Shown: positions 19,468-31,063, numbered from the stretch's first letter. The stretch is DNA of 64,000 nucleotides from an uncultured Pelagibacteraceae bacterium (GCA_902564295.1 CACFAO010000001.1:105002-169001), one strand, 5' to 3'. Translations and numbers: made by a program. Notes: generated by a model from the sequence alone, not told the origin.

Positions 19468-21336
19468 ATGACTAGTTATGATGTTGTTGTAGTTGGAGGA
19501 GGGCATGCTGGCTGTGAAGCTGCGACTACCTCTGCACGTGTTGGTGCAAAAACCCTCTTAATCAGCCATAAATTTGATACCATTGGTGAGATGTCCTGTA
19601 ACCCTGCAATCGGTGGTCTTGGTAAGGGCCATTTAGTAAGGGAAATCGATGCTCTGGATGGAATAATGGGGCGTATAGCTGATTTATCAAGTATTCAATA
19701 TAGATTACTCAATAGAACAAAAGGCCCTGCAGTAAGAGGACCAAGAGCTCAATCGGATAGAAAGCTCTATAAACAACACATGCAGGAGGAGATTGAAAAT
19801 ACAGAAAATTTAGAACTCCTGTTTGACCCTGTAGAAGATTTAATTTTTGATAATAATAAACAAATTGCTGGTGTGATTTGCGCAAGTGGTAAAAAAATAT
19901 CTACCAAAAAAGTTATCATTACAACTGGTACATTTTTGAATGGCTTAATCCACTTAGGTGATAAAACTATTCCGGCTGGAAGACATGGCGATTCTCCCTC
20001 AATAGGACTTGCAGACTCACTCTATAAAACTGGCTTTAACATTGGACGTTTAAAAACTGGGACACCTGCGAGACTGGATAAAAATACAATAGACTTTTCT
20101 AAACTTGAAAAACAGGAAGCTGACGATGAGCACTCTTACTTTTCATTTTTAACCACAAAAACTCATAATGAACAATTACCGTGCCACATGACGTATACAA
20201 ATGAGGCCGTTCACGAAATAATTGAAAAAAATATAACAAAATCAGCTATTTACTCAGGTCAAATCAGTGGCACAGGGCCAAGATATTGCCCTTCTGTAGA
20301 AGATAAAGTTGTAAAATTTGCAGAAAAATTGAGGCATCAAATTTTCTTAGAACCAGAAGGACTTGATAGTGATTTAATATATCCAAATGGCATCTCAACT
20401 TCATTACCACCTGAAGTACAGGACGAATTCATAAGTAAAATCAAGGGTTTAGAGAATGCTAAAATAGTAAGACACGGTTATGCAATTGAATATGATTTTA
20501 TTGATCCACAAGAACTTCACCAAACGTTGGAAACAAAAAAAATAAAAGGTCTTTATCTTGCTGGTCAAATAAACGGCACAACAGGTTATGAGGAAGCTGC
20601 TGCGCAAGGGCTTGTGGCAGGTTTGAATGCTGCAATCTCCCAAAGTAATAAAGAACATGTTTTTTCAAGAAACGACTCATACATTGGTGTAATGATTGAC
20701 GACTTAACTCTAAAAGGGGTTACTGAGCCCTACAGAATGTTCACTTCTAGGGCAGAATACAGATTGTTATTAAGAGCAGATAATGCAGATTTAAGATTAA
20801 CAGAGGTTGGGTACAATTTAGGGTTAGTTGAAGCTGGCAGATATGAAAAGTATTCAGCTAAAAAAATTGAACTGGAAAAAGTCAATAAAATTGTTAAAAA
20901 TCAATATGTTACGCCTAATGCACTTTCAAAGATTGGAGTTCAAATCAACCAAGATGGCAAGAAAAGATCAGCTTTTGACTTATTAGCTTATCCTAACATC
21001 GATATTGATAAAATTGATGAAATTTTTAATTTAAATCTTAAGCAATATAGTAGAGAAATTCTTGATCAAATAACAACAGAGGCTCATTACAAAGGCTATC
21101 TTAAGAAGCAAGAAAGTGAGATTATTTCACTTACTAAAGAAGAAAAAGTTGAAATTCCACCTAATCTTAAATACGAATTAATTCCTAGTTTATCAACAGA
21201 AATCATTGAAAAGCTTACAAAAATTAAGCCTAAAAACTTATCTCAAGCATCAAGAATTGATGGTGTTACACCTGCGGCCCTCAGTGTTATTTTATCATAT
21301 ATAAAAACCAAAGCTAAATCACAAAAATTAGCTTAA
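19468..21336 (+). CDS. mnmG: tRNA uridine 5-carboxymethylaminomethyl modification enzyme MnmG
   Basis: 622 aa with FAD motif [21 protein letters not shown]-like and [16 protein letters not shown]. Confidence 0.97.
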   Translation: MTSYDVVVVGGGHAGCEAATTSARVGAKTLLISHKFDTIGEMSCNPAIGGLGKGHLVREIDALDGIMGRIADLSSIQYRLLNRTKGPAVRGPRAQSDRKLYKQHMQEEIENTENLELLFDPVEDLIFDNNKQIAGVICASGKKISTKKVIITTGTFLNGLIHLGDKTIPAGRHGDSPSIGLADSLYKTGFNIGRLKTGTPARLDKNTIDFSKLEKQEADDEHSYFSFLTTKTHNEQLPCHMTYTNEAVHEIIEKNITKSAIYSGQISGTGPRYCPSVEDKVVKFAEKLRHQIFLEPEGLDSDLIYPNGISTSLPPEVQDEFISKIKGLENAKIVRHGYAIEYDFIDPQELHQTLETKKIKGLYLAGQINGTTGYEEAAAQGLVAGLNAAISQSNKEHVFSRNDSYIGVMIDDLTLKGVTEPYRMFTSRAEYRLLLRADNADLRLTEVGYNLGLVEAGRYEKYSAKKIELEKVNKIVKNQYVTPNALSKIGVQINQDGKKRSAFDLLAYPNIDIDKIDEIFNLNLKQYSREILDQITTEAHYKGYLKKQESEIISLTKEEKVEIPPNLKYELIPSLSTEIIEKLTKIKPKNLSQASRIDGVTPAALSVILSYIKTKAKSQKLA

Positions 21337-21346
21337 TATCAAAATA

Positions 21347-21970
21347 ATGATTGATTCGCCTGATGCTCTAAAAGAGCTCTTGCCAAATGTTTCACGTGAA
21401 ACAATTGAAAAATTGGCTGAATTCAGAGAAATGATTTTGGCTGAAGACCAAAACTTAATATCAAAGAATGATAAAAACTTTATCTGGATAAGACATTTCT
21501 ATGATTCTTTAAGATTAGCTCAGTTTATAAATAGCAATGGAAATGATATCATTGATATTGGCAGCGGTGCTGGCCTTCCAGGTATACCAGTTTCGATATT
21601 ATTTGGCCCAAGAAATAAGGTTTTTTTATGTGAAAATAGACCTAAAAGAGTATCGTTTCTTAACAAATGTATTGTTAACTTAGATCTTAAAAACACTGAA
21701 GTGATTCCCATTAAAGCCGAAAAAATTGAAAATAAAAAATTTGATATCATATTAGCAAGAGCTGTTAGCCAATTAAAACATTTATTATCAATTAGTTACA
21801 ATATATGCAAAAAAAATACTACATTGCTTCTGCATAAAGGTGTACATATAGATGAAGAGATTGTGCAAGCTACTAAATGTTGGAATTTTAATCACGTTTT
21901 GCACGAAAATGAGAGAGAAAAAGGTTCTTTTATTTTGGAGTTAAAAAATTTAATAAAATCAATAACTTAA
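21347..21970 (+). CDS. rsmG: 16S rRNA (guanine527-N7)-methyltransferase RsmG
   Basis: 207 aa with the SAM motif DIGSGAGLPGIP. It occupies the conserved position between mnmG and parA. Confidence 0.9.
   Translation: MIDSPDALKELLPNVSRETIEKLAEFREMILAEDQNLISKNDKNFIWIRHFYDSLRLAQFINSNGNDIIDIGSGAGLPGIPVSILFGPRNKVFLCENRPKRVSFLNKCIVNLDLKNTEVIPIKAEKIENKKFDIILARAVSQLKHLLSISYNICKKNTTLLLHKGVHIDEEIVQATKCWNFNHVLHENEREKGSFILELKNLIKSIT
21388..21403. promoter_or_regulatory. parS centromere-like site (ParB binding site), perfect consensus
   Basis: The exact 16-bp palindrome TGTTTCACGTGAAACA is read directly from the sequence. It matches the widely conserved parS consensus TGTTNCACGTGAAACA. It lies in the 5' part of rsmG (encoding N-V-S-R-E-T), about 0.6 kb upstream of parAB. 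Confidence 0.85.
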
Positions 21971-22758
21971 TGAAAAGCAAAATAATAGCTATATCAAATC
22001 AGAAAGGTGGAGTGGGAAAAACTACAACAGCAATAAACTTATCCACAGCCTTAGCTGCAATTGGGGAAAAAGTTTTGATTATCGATCTCGATCCTCAAGG
22101 AAATGCAAGTACAGGTTTAGGAATAGATTATCAAAACAGGAATAACTCGATCTATGAAGTTCTTTCATCTCAATGCAATTTATTTGAAGCAATTCAAAAT
22201 ACAGATATAGAAAACTTAAAAATCATTCCATCTACTGTGGATCTATCAGGCATTGAACCTGAACTTGTCGAAGTAAACGATAGAGCTTTTACTCTTAAAA
22301 AAATTTTAACGGAGCAAAATTCTTTAGATGATTTTAGTTTTGTTTTTATTGATTGCCCGCCAGCTTTAAGTCTTCTCACTGTCATGGCAATGACTGCGGC
22401 AGACTCAATAATTGTTCCGCTTCAATGTGAATTTTTTGCATTAGAAGGTCTTAGTCAATTAATAAAAACAATTGATAGGGTAAAACAAAATCTTAATCAA
22501 AATTTAACAATCGACGGGATAGTACTTACAATGTTTGATGGAAGAAATAAACTATCTTCACAAGTTGCTGAAGATGTTAAAAAACATTTAAGTCAACAAG
22601 TATATGAAACAATCATACCTCGTAATGTAAGAGTTTCAGAAGCACCTTCATTTGGAATGCCTGCTTTAATTTATGACCAAAAAGCTGCAGGCAGTCAGGC
22701 ATATTTAAGATTAGCAGACGAGATCATAAGACAAAATAAAGAACAGGAGGCCGCTTAA
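21970..22758 (+). CDS. parA: chromosome partitioning ATPase ParA
   Basis: 262 aa with the deviant Walker A motif NQKGGVGKTTT and DCPP. Confidence 0.93.
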   Translation: MKSKIIAISNQKGGVGKTTTAINLSTALAAIGEKVLIIDLDPQGNASTGLGIDYQNRNNSIYEVLSSQCNLFEAIQNTDIENLKIIPSTVDLSGIEPELVEVNDRAFTLKKILTEQNSLDDFSFVFIDCPPALSLLTVMAMTAADSIIVPLQCEFFALEGLSQLIKTIDRVKQNLNQNLTIDGIVLTMFDGRNKLSSQVAEDVKKHLSQQVYETIIPRNVRVSEAPSFGMPALIYDQKAAGSQAYLRLADEIIRQNKEQEAA

Positions 22759-23618
22759 TGAGTTCATCAATTTCAAAAAAAGGTTTAGGCCGTGGCCTCT
22801 CATCTCTCATGGGCGATACTAAAGACATATCAATTCAAACCGAAACTTCAAATAAAGAAATAAAAATTTTAATTTCAAATCTTAAGCCAAGTCCATCTCA
22901 ACCAAGAAGATTATTCGATAAAAACAGTATTAATGAATTAGCGGAATCGATAAAATCAAAAGGACTGGTACAGCCCATTTTAGTGAGACCTTCACCAACA
23001 GAGTCTGGAACATATGAAATTATTGCCGGTGAGAGAAGATGGCGAGCAGCCCAAATTGCACAACTTCATGAAGTTCCTGCGGTTGTCAGAAAACTAGATG
23101 ATGTAGAGGCTTTAGAAATAGCAATCATTGAAAATGTACAACGCTCTGATCTATCACCGATTGAAGAAGCTGCTGGATATAAAAGATTAATTGAAAACCA
23201 TGGTCACACCCAAGAAGTACTCGCAGAAATTGTTGGCAAAAGCAGAAGTCATATTGCAAATATTATCAGACTACTCGGCTTGCCTCAGTCAATTCAAGAT
23301 ATGATTTCAGAGGGAAAAATTTCTTCAGGACACGCGAGAGCTATCATGAATAGTGCTTTTCCAGAACAGTTAGCTGAAAAAATTGTTAATGAAAATTTGA
23401 GTGTAAGAGCTGCTGAAGACCTTGTAAAACAAAGAAAATCGGGAGTTAAAAAAGTAAAACTAAAAGATCCTGACACCATTGATTTAGAGAATAATTTAAC
23501 TGCAAAGCTTGGACTAAATGTATCTATTGACCATAAGGGCAAAAAAGGTGGTTCAATTAAAATTGAATATAAGTCTCTTGATCAGTTAGACATGGTTACT
23601 TCTAAATTAAAAATCTAA
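22758..23618 (+). CDS. parB: chromosome partitioning protein ParB
   Basis: 286 aa with ParB box II (QPILVRP...IIAGERRWRAA) and the HTH region. Confidence 0.93.
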   Translation: MSSSISKKGLGRGLSSLMGDTKDISIQTETSNKEIKILISNLKPSPSQPRRLFDKNSINELAESIKSKGLVQPILVRPSPTESGTYEIIAGERRWRAAQIAQLHEVPAVVRKLDDVEALEIAIIENVQRSDLSPIEEAAGYKRLIENHGHTQEVLAEIVGKSRSHIANIIRLLGLPQSIQDMISEGKISSGHARAIMNSAFPEQLAEKIVNENLSVRAAEDLVKQRKSGVKKVKLKDPDTIDLENNLTAKLGLNVSIDHKGKKGGSIKIEYKSLDQLDMVTSKLKI

Positions 23619-24640
23619 CTTTTAAAATATTGCTTTCCTTTATCTGCTAATAGCAATATTGATTTTTCACAATTTAAATTTGCTAATTTACTATTCAACT
23701 TACAATAAATTTCTGTTTCTAAAAGAATAGAGAGGTTTGCCTCAATTGCTTGTAAAGGCCATTTTAGACAATGTTTTTGAAAATTGTCTTTTTCTTTCCA
23801 AAATACTGGTGGCCTTAAACTCTTAATAGATTGTTCAAAATTATTCCCTTTTTTCATTTCTATTTTTGTTTGTTGAATTCGTAATAAATAATTGATTAAA
23901 CTTCTAATTAGGCTAATAGGGCTTACCCCCTCAGTTAATAACTTATGAATTATTTTGGAACTTTTGGGAGTGTTCCCAAACATTACATTTTCATTCATTT
24001 TACTTAAGTTTTGAGAACTTGCATCATTGAGTAAATTTTTTACATCTTCTATTTGAATTTCTTTGTTTTTGTTATTGTAAAATATTTCAATTTTTTCAAG
24101 TTCATTTTTACTTACCATCCTATCAGCGCTTAAAGATTGAAGTAAGTAATTTTTTATGTCCCGATTAATTTGAAAATTATTTTTCTTGATAAATTCATCA
24201 ATATTCTTCATTAAAGATCGACTATCATCTTCATAGCATGCAAGCGCAAAGCAATCATTCTCGCTTTCAAAAAATTTTCTAATCTTAGACGATTTAGCTA
24301 AATTGCCATCTCTTATGACAATCATTGCTTGTTTTGGAAAATTTAAAATAACATTTTCAATTATATTTAAGTGTTTATCTTTTATTGTGTCCGCGATAAC
24401 AATTTTTCCTTTATGGAACATCGAGACAGTTCTAATAACATCATCAAGTATTTGTGGATCGTTATCCAAATCTTTTCCAGAAATGTTGACTTGCTCATAA
24501 TCTCCTGACGATAAGTAATTTTGAATTATTTTTTCTATTTGTTCTTTTACAAGCCCTTCATTGGGACCATAAATTAGAATATTTAATAACTGGTTGTTAT
24601 CATCAATTAATTTTTCTAACTGATGTTCTTTGATAATCAT
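23615..24640 (-). CDS. holA: DNA polymerase III delta subunit
   Basis: 341 aa. The N-terminus is typical of the delta subunit (LIYGPNEGLV), and it sits in the conserved position downstream of lptE. Confidence 0.8.
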   Translation of the reverse strand: MIIKEHQLEKLIDDNNQLLNILIYGPNEGLVKEQIEKIIQNYLSSGDYEQVNISGKDLDNDPQILDDVIRTVSMFHKGKIVIADTIKDKHLNIIENVILNFPKQAMIVIRDGNLAKSSKIRKFFESENDCFALACYEDDSRSLMKNIDEFIKKNNFQINRDIKNYLLQSLSADRMVSKNELEKIEIFYNNKNKEIQIEDVKNLLNDASSQNLSKMNENVMFGNTPKSSKIIHKLLTEGVSPISLIRSLINYLLRIQQTKIEMKKGNNFEQSIKSLRPPVFWKEKDNFQKHCLKWPLQAIEANLSILLETEIYCKLNSKLANLNCEKSILLLADKGKQYFKS

Positions 24641-25108
24641 TTATTTTGAAATGATGCTTTGTATTCTTGAACTCATTAATTGAAGAGCATTTTTAGTTGC
24701 AATTTTGGTCATACTTTTCTTTGTATCTTCATTACTTATTTCTGACGCAACAACATCATACTGTGCGTAACCCCTTGTAGCACCTGAGGAAATAACTTTA
24801 TCTGATGCTATCTCCACAAGCTCATAATTGAGTCCGATTTCAATTCTATATTTTGCAATTGTTCCATTTGTATTAATAATTAACGGTGTTAGATCCTCAC
24901 TTATGTCAAGCTTAACCATGTACTCCTGATCTGTACCTGAAAAAACATTGTTATTAATTTCTTCAATAATTTCCCTCGATACCTGATTAGTGATTTGTAC
25001 TGAATAATTTCCAGAACTCACATTACTTTCTGAAAGTTTATAAATTGGTTTAAAACCACAATTTAAAAACAAAAAGAAAATTGATAAGATTGCTATAATC
25101 TTAATCAT
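24641..25108 (-). CDS. lptE: LPS-assembly lipoprotein LptE
   Basis: 155 aa with a lipobox-like signal (FLFLNCGFKP). Its size and its position directly upstream of holA fit LptE. Confidence 0.7.
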   Translation of the reverse strand: MIKIIAILSIFFLFLNCGFKPIYKLSESNVSSGNYSVQITNQVSREIIEEINNNVFSGTDQEYMVKLDISEDLTPLIINTNGTIAKYRIEIGLNYELVEIASDKVISSGATRGYAQYDVVASEISNEDTKKSMTKIATKNALQLMSSRIQSIISK

Positions 25109-26811
25109 GCTCTTAACTCCGATACTATTTCAGATAAATAGCTTTCATATTTTTTCCATGCACCAATTGATTTTTTGTTGATTGGTTTTCTTACCTGTTC
25201 AATACTCGCTGTCCTAACTTGCCTTTTATTTTTGTGAAACTCTAAACATTGTTTCTCCCATTTGAGCTCACAAAATTCAATCAACTGTTTTGAAACTCTT
25301 TCTTGGTTGTTCACTAATTCTTCGTTGTCTAAAACAAAAATATCTTCACCATAATACTTAAACCAAAACTTCATAAGATCTTCATGAAGTTTATAATATT
25401 CAACCAACATTTTTTGATTGTATGAATATTGATGTGATACTTCCACAAATTTATGCGAGAACAATGAAAAACAATTGTCAATAGGATCTCTTTTACAATA
25501 TATAATTTTTGCTTCAGGTAAAATATGCTTAATTAAACCTATAAAGATAAAATTGTGTGGCATCTTATCACAAATGTAAACAGCATTCTGTTTATCGCGT
25601 TTTACTAACTTTTCGAGATATTTTTTTCTTACTATTTGTAAATTTTTTTTATTTTTTAAAACGTTCTCAAAATTAGCTATCTGTTCTTCGCTTGGTTGGA
25701 TAAGACGACAATCTGTAACCTCCGCTAAATAATCTAATTCTCCTGCACCAGTGATTTTCGAATGTGAAGAGAGTATTTGCTCGCATAAAGTAGTACCGGA
25801 TCGAGGCATACCACATACAAATATAGGTATTTGACTTTTTATTTTATCTTCAGATATAGATTCTATTTTTCTTTTAAAAATTAGTTTCAATTTTTTAAAA
25901 AAATTTTTTTCAATATCTAAATCAAAGCTTTTTAATGCATATTGTGCATCATTTCCTTTTACAAGGTAAGTTCCAGCTAATTTATAATCATGTTGATTTT
26001 TGAAGTACTCGAAAAAGGAGTGACAAATTAATGCTTTATCTTCTAAATTGAGATTTTCTTGATCTAGTAACTGATCGTAATATTCAATATGCTCCTTTTT
26101 TAGCTTGTTATTTTTGTCTTTGGTGAAGCCCAATAAGTATGCAACATTTTTATAATCCTTTTTAAATCCTTCTGAAGATATTTTGTTAGCTTTTTGAAAC
26201 TCTCCCATTTCTCTATACGCAGTGGCCAAGTTATGTTTGAAATTGTCATTAACAGGATGTTCTTTATTCAACTGTTCAAGAATATTGATTGCTTCCTCAA
26301 GTTGGTCGTTAATAATTAAAGCTTTGGCATGTTGGTTCAAAGCCAGAGGGTTATTTGGTTGGAAACTGAGAGATAATTGTGAATAAAAAATTGCATTCTT
26401 CGGATCATTAATCTTGTGATAATACCCCGCCAGATTATTAATTGTTGGGACATAGCTAGAATTAATTCTAAATGACTGGTTTAAGCATTTATAGGCAAGA
26501 TCATAATTTTTGTTTATCATATGTATTGTTGCCAAATTACTTAGAGCCTGAAATCCTCTTGGGTTAACTTTTAAAGCTTGAAGAAAATAATTATAGGCTT
26601 TTTCATAATCTTCTAAATCTTGATTCAGTATACCTAAATGTCTTAGGGCTTCATAATTTTTTGGTTCCGAAGATAAAACTTTATTATATAAAATTTCAGC
26701 TTCTTTATATTTTTTGTTTGTATGTAGCCCTATGCCTTGAAGCAAATCTTGGTTTACTGATTGATTTAATTTATTGTTTTTTTTCTGCTTTCTTCGCTCG
26801 TGTCTATTCAT
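25105..26811 (-). CDS. TPR-repeat protein fused to a PAPS-type sulfotransferase domain
   Basis: 568 aa. The N-terminal half carries repeated TPR-like A/Y/N helices. The C-terminal half has the 5'-PSB motif GMPRSGTT and a 3'-PB-like motif ([11 protein letters not shown]). Confidence 0.8.
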   Translation of the reverse strand: MNRHERRKQKKNNKLNQSVNQDLLQGIGLHTNKKYKEAEILYNKVLSSEPKNYEALRHLGILNQDLEDYEKAYNYFLQALKVNPRGFQALSNLATIHMINKNYDLAYKCLNQSFRINSSYVPTINNLAGYYHKINDPKNAIFYSQLSLSFQPNNPLALNQHAKALIINDQLEEAINILEQLNKEHPVNDNFKHNLATAYREMGEFQKANKISSEGFKKDYKNVAYLLGFTKDKNNKLKKEHIEYYDQLLDQENLNLEDKALICHSFFEYFKNQHDYKLAGTYLVKGNDAQYALKSFDLDIEKNFFKKLKLIFKRKIESISEDKIKSQIPIFVCGMPRSGTTLCEQILSSHSKITGAGELDYLAEVTDCRLIQPSEEQIANFENVLKNKKNLQIVRKKYLEKLVKRDKQNAVYICDKMPHNFIFIGLIKHILPEAKIIYCKRDPIDNCFSLFSHKFVEVSHQYSYNQKMLVEYYKLHEDLMKFWFKYYGEDIFVLDNEELVNNQERVSKQLIEFCELKWEKQCLEFHKNKRQVRTASIEQVRKPINKKSIGAWKKYESYLSEIVSELRA

Positions 26812-29381
26812 GTTTTAACAACGATATTTAGTATTTTATTAGGAACGTAGATTGATTTTAATATATTTTTACCCAACAGTGCATCTTTAACATTCTTTAA
26901 ATTTTGTATTTCTTTCTCGATCTCACTTTCCGATGCATCTTTTGGAACCACCACTTCTCCCCGTCTTTTACCATTAATTTGAATTACAACAGTTACCTCC
27001 GTATCCTCTAAATAGTTAATGTTCGCTGTAGGCCACGGCTCACTCATGATAGAACTTTCTTTTCCAATTAATGACCAGCATTCTTCTGCTAAGTGAGGTA
27101 CCATTGGTTCGATCACTCTAACTAATATGTGTATGGCTTCGTTAATTGCCTCTTTCCCTTTTTCTTCTTCAACATCAAACTTAGAAATGGCATTAACAAT
27201 CTCAAAAACTTTAGCTATAGAAACATTCATTTGAAATTTTTCAATGCTTTGAGTAATTGTATGAAGATTTTGATGTATAATTTTAATGAAATTTAGGGTT
27301 TTTCCAGAATAAGTCACTGCATGACCATTAGTTGTCTGTTCTAAGTTCATTTTATTGTTTTTAACTAATGTCCAGATTTTCTGGCATATTTTCCATGCAC
27401 CATTTATACCTGAATCTGTCCAGTTAATATCTTTCTCAGGCGGACTGTCGGACAACATAAACCACCTTGCAGAGTCCGCTCCATATGTACTTATAATTGA
27501 TTCAGGGTCTATTACATTTCTTTTAGATTTTGACATTGATTCAATTTCCCCCATGGTGACTTCTTTACCAGTAGAAACTTGAAAATATTTAGAGTCCTTT
27601 TTTTCAACATCACTTGGAAAAACCCATTCTTTTGAGTCATTTTGAAATGTATTGTGGCAAACCATTCCTTGGGTAAATAAGCTATCAAATGGTTCGTCCA
27701 AACTATTTATGTCAAGAGCCTTAGTAAAAAATCTTGAATATAGTAAATGCAAAATCGCATGTTCAACACCACCTACGTACTGATCAACAGGCATCCAATA
27801 ATCAATTTCACCTATATTAAATGGTTCATTTGTCTCAAGCGGAGAGCAAAATCTTAAAAAATACCATGCTGAGTCTACAAAGGTATCAAGAGTATCCGTC
27901 TCTCTTATAGCTTTCATTCCAGTCTCAGGACAATTTGTGAATTTCCATGTTGGATGATTATCAAGGGGGTTACCGGGTGTACTCAAGTCAATATCAATCG
28001 GCAGTTCTAATGGCAGTTGATCCTCTGGAACCTCAATAACTTTGCCATCTTCCCTGTACATTATTGGAATTGGGCAACCCCAGTATCTTTGTCTAGATAT
28101 ACCCCAATCTCGAAGTCTAAAATTAGTTGTCTTTTTTCCAAGTTTTAAATTTTCAATTTTTTTTATAATTTCCCTCTTTGCATCTTCAATTGAAAGATTG
28201 TCTAAAAATTCTGAATTAATAAGCTTACCATTTCCTGTATATGCAATTTTGTGATCAAATTTACTATTGTCAGATGGATTTATAACCGGAATTACATCCA
28301 ATTTATATTTATTAGCAAAATCCAGGTCTCTCTGGTCGTGCGCAGGACAGCCGTAAATGGCACCAGACCCATAATCCATTAAGATGAAGTTTGCAATATA
28401 GACAGGCAATAATTTATTATTAATAAATGGATGCTTAATAAATAATTCAGTTTGGATTCCAATCTTTTCATTTTTAGCTATTGATTCTTCATTAATTTTT
28501 TGTGATCTCAAATGCTTCACTTGATTATCAAGTGTCTCATTTTCTTTTATGAGCAGGTCCACATAAGGATGAAAGGGAGATAGAGCACAAAATGTAGCCC
28601 CAAAAATTGTATCTGGACGTGTTGTGAAAATTCTTAATTTTTTATCATTAAATTTCTCTAATTTCGAGGAAATCTCAAAATCAATTTCACAGCCATATGA
28701 TTTCCCAATCCAATTTTTTTGCATTGTCTTTACTTTTTCAGGCCATCCTGGCATTTCATCAAGTGCAGTCAGAAGTTTATCTGCATAGTCTGTGATTTTA
28801 AAAAACCACTGAGAGAGTTTTTTTTGTTCAACTTCAGCACCAGATCTCCAACCTTTGCCATCAATCACCTGTTCATTTGCAAGAACGGTATTTTCAACTG
28901 GATCCCAATTAACGAGGGATTCTTTTTTATATATTAAATTTTTTCGAAAAAATTTTAAAAATAGTTTTTGCTGATTTTGATAATAGAGCGTATCACACGT
29001 TGCTATTTCTCTAGACCAATCAATTGATAGACCCATCTGCTTCAACTGATTTTTCATTGTTTCTATATTTTCGTATGTCCATGTCTTTGGTGATGTTTGG
29101 TTTTCTATTGCTGCATTTTCTGCGGGTAATCCAAAAGCATCCCAGCCCATTGGATGCATTACATTGTAACCTTGAGCTCTTTTGTATCTTGCGATCACGT
29201 CCCCTAATGTATAGTTACGGACATGACCCATATGAATCTTTCCTGAAGGATAAGGAAACATTTCAAGAATGTAGTATTTTTTTTTACCTTCTACTACTTT
29301 GCTCTCAAAAAGTTTGTTGCTATCCCAATAGGATTGCCATTTTTTTTCTATTACTTTTGAATTATATTTATCGGACATCAA
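26808..29381 (-). CDS. leuS: leucine--tRNA ligase
   Basis: 857 aa with a HIGH motif (PSGKIHMGH) and a KMSKS motif (SMSKSKRN). Confidence 0.97.
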   Translation of the reverse strand: MMSDKYNSKVIEKKWQSYWDSNKLFESKVVEGKKKYYILEMFPYPSGKIHMGHVRNYTLGDVIARYKRAQGYNVMHPMGWDAFGLPAENAAIENQTSPKTWTYENIETMKNQLKQMGLSIDWSREIATCDTLYYQNQQKLFLKFFRKNLIYKKESLVNWDPVENTVLANEQVIDGKGWRSGAEVEQKKLSQWFFKITDYADKLLTALDEMPGWPEKVKTMQKNWIGKSYGCEIDFEISSKLEKFNDKKLRIFTTRPDTIFGATFCALSPFHPYVDLLIKENETLDNQVKHLRSQKINEESIAKNEKIGIQTELFIKHPFINNKLLPVYIANFILMDYGSGAIYGCPAHDQRDLDFANKYKLDVIPVINPSDNSKFDHKIAYTGNGKLINSEFLDNLSIEDAKREIIKKIENLKLGKKTTNFRLRDWGISRQRYWGCPIPIMYREDGKVIEVPEDQLPLELPIDIDLSTPGNPLDNHPTWKFTNCPETGMKAIRETDTLDTFVDSAWYFLRFCSPLETNEPFNIGEIDYWMPVDQYVGGVEHAILHLLYSRFFTKALDINSLDEPFDSLFTQGMVCHNTFQNDSKEWVFPSDVEKKDSKYFQVSTGKEVTMGEIESMSKSKRNVIDPESIISTYGADSARWFMLSDSPPEKDINWTDSGINGAWKICQKIWTLVKNNKMNLEQTTNGHAVTYSGKTLNFIKIIHQNLHTITQSIEKFQMNVSIAKVFEIVNAISKFDVEEEKGKEAINEAIHILVRVIEPMVPHLAEECWSLIGKESSIMSEPWPTANINYLEDTEVTVVIQINGKRRGEVVVPKDASESEIEKEIQNLKNVKDALLGKNILKSIYVPNKILNIVVKT

Positions 29382-29396
29382 TTAATCCTCATCGGC

Positions 29397-29975
29397 TTAT
29401 AGTTCCGATGCGATTTTCAATGATCTTGCTGAAGTTAAAATGCTCTCTTTTATTTTTAAACTTTGTTCAGAATTAATTCCTTGGTCAACCCATCTATCAT
29501 TATCTAAAGATTGAGTAAATAACGACACAACTATACTTTCATCCGTCATTTCCTGATCAACCACGCGGATATTTATTTTAATTCTATTTTTACCATCATC
29601 TAAACTATACCAATCTGTGACTATAATACCTGAGATAGAGTCAACAGAAACCAAAGGCATAAAACTCACTTTATCTAATGCAACATTAAAAGTAATTGAT
29701 TTTACCTGGAGAATATCGGTGGATGAGTCCAGTCCTAATATTCCTCGCATGGTGAAACCCGAGTCACCATCTAGTATTGTACTTCCTGTAGGTAGATTTA
29801 AATTTCTATCTTGAGCCTTTTCTGTTAAAACTCTTTGTTTATCAGACTCATAAGTTTCAGGTTCGTCTTGCATGCTTTGTATCTGCGCACAAGACACACA
29901 AAAAATGATTAAAAGTCCTGAAATTAAGGATATTTTCATAATTTGGTTGAAATTGTCGGTATTGTTTAATTGCAT
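29397..29975 (-). CDS. DUF3576-like lipoprotein
   Basis: 192 aa with a signal peptide plus Cys (IFCVSCAQ) and the GIIVTDWY motif. It is in the usual alphaproteobacterial position upstream of leuS. Confidence 0.55.
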   Translation of the reverse strand: MQLNNTDNFNQIMKISLISGLLIIFCVSCAQIQSMQDEPETYESDKQRVLTEKAQDRNLNLPTGSTILDGDSGFTMRGILGLDSSTDILQVKSITFNVALDKVSFMPLVSVDSISGIIVTDWYSLDDGKNRIKINIRVVDQEMTDESIVVSLFTQSLDNDRWVDQGINSEQSLKIKESILTSARSLKIASEL

Positions 29976-30037
29976 ATCTTTTAAACTAAAAAATTGAATT
30001 AATCCATTTTTCTTATTTTTTCAACAGAATCAATAAG

Positions 30038-30053
30038 TTGCATAAATGCAACA
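30038..30053. promoter_or_regulatory. perfect 16-bp palindrome GTTGCATAAATGCAAC upstream of the porin gene (candidate operator)
   Basis: Read directly from the sequence: 7-bp arms with a 2-bp centre, about 117 bp upstream of the preferred porin start. No cognate regulator has been identified. Confidence 0.35.
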
Positions 30054-30169
30054 CATTAAGATAAAAATGTTGTATTTTTGAAAATATCTTTAAAAAACAC
30101 CACGATTTTTGATAAAACTTATCTCAGTTAAATTTAACTATGATCAATTATCATATGAAAGGAATTATT

Positions 30170-31063
30170 ATGAATAGATCAAAATTAATGGGAGCTACTG
30201 CGTTGGCTTCAGTTATGGCTGCTGGTGCTGCTCAAGCTGAAATGTCAATTAGTGGTTACTTCGCTGGTACTCTAACAGATAACGACGGTGGTGGATTAGC
30301 ATCAACGTTCTCTACAAACTCTGTTTACGTATCTTACAGTGATGCAATGGATAACGGTATGGGCGTTGGTCTTACAATGTCTATCACTGCTGCTGGCATC
30401 AAAACTGACGTTAACTTCGACACAGGTATGGGTACAATCGGTCTAGGTATCGGTCAAGACTCTGCTGTGGACGGTAATGACTCTAACCCAGCTTGTTTCT
30501 CACTTGTAAACTGCTGGAACGTTGCATTTAGTGGTAAAGGCGGCGGAACTGGAGTTTATGATGATGGTGACGCACCTTCTGGAAACTCAATTGCATACTC
30601 AAACTCATTGGGTGGAGTATCATTTAAAGTTACTAGAGGTATGGAATCAGCAACTACTGATCCAGTAATGTCATATGCTGCTAAAACATCAATCATGGGT
30701 GCATCAATCGCTGCTGGTGTGTCACAAATTGATTACAAAGCTGCAGCTACAGCTGACAAGGATCCAAACTTCATGACTGTTGGTTATTCAATAGCTGGCC
30801 TTAACTTAGGTTATGCTGTGTATGACTCAGACGACGGTTCTGAAGAAACTCACATGGGTGTAGGTACATCTGTAGCAGGAATGGACGTTGGTGTTCAATT
30901 CGCTGACAGAGATTTCACTACTGACACTGATTACATGAGAGTATCAGTAAATAAAGGAATGGGCGCTGCTTCTTTCGGTGTTGATTACTTAGAAACTGAT
31001 GAAGCTGGTGGATCAGCTAATGACACTGATAAGTGGGTCTTTAACTACGTAGTTGGATTCTAA
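30170..31063 (+). CDS. outer-membrane porin (beta-barrel)
   Basis: It has a signal peptide (MNRSKLMGATALASVMAAGAAQA), Gly/Asp/Thr-rich alternating strands and a C-terminal aromatic (YVVGF). I prefer the ATG at 30170, preceded by AAAGGA, over the track start at 30140. Codon choice is strongly C-ending (aac/ttc/tac/gac/atc), unlike its neighbours. Confidence 0.75.
   Translation: MNRSKLMGATALASVMAAGAAQAEMSISGYFAGTLTDNDGGGLASTFSTNSVYVSYSDAMDNGMGVGLTMSITAAGIKTDVNFDTGMGTIGLGIGQDSAVDGNDSNPACFSLVNCWNVAFSGKGGGTGVYDDGDAPSGNSIAYSNSLGGVSFKVTRGMESATTDPVMSYAAKTSIMGASIAAGVSQIDYKAAATADKDPNFMTVGYSIAGLNLGYAVYDSDDGSEETHMGVGTSVAGMDVGVQFADRDFTTDTDYMRVSVNKGMGAASFGVDYLETDEAGGSANDTDKWVFNYVVGF

Noticed and set aside
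29024-29476. This 150-aa plus-strand ORF is antisense to leuS. Many similar nested or antisense ORFs appear in the track, for example 303..533, 947..1213, 5437..5664, 6040..6402, 33630..33938, 40153..40416, 43869..44174, 46598..46879 and 62461..62844.
   Set aside because: Each lies entirely inside a well-supported gene on the other strand or in another frame. Their low-complexity, Leu/Phe/Ser/Ile-rich translations have no recognisable motifs, which is what AT-rich DNA with rare antisense stop codons is expected to produce.
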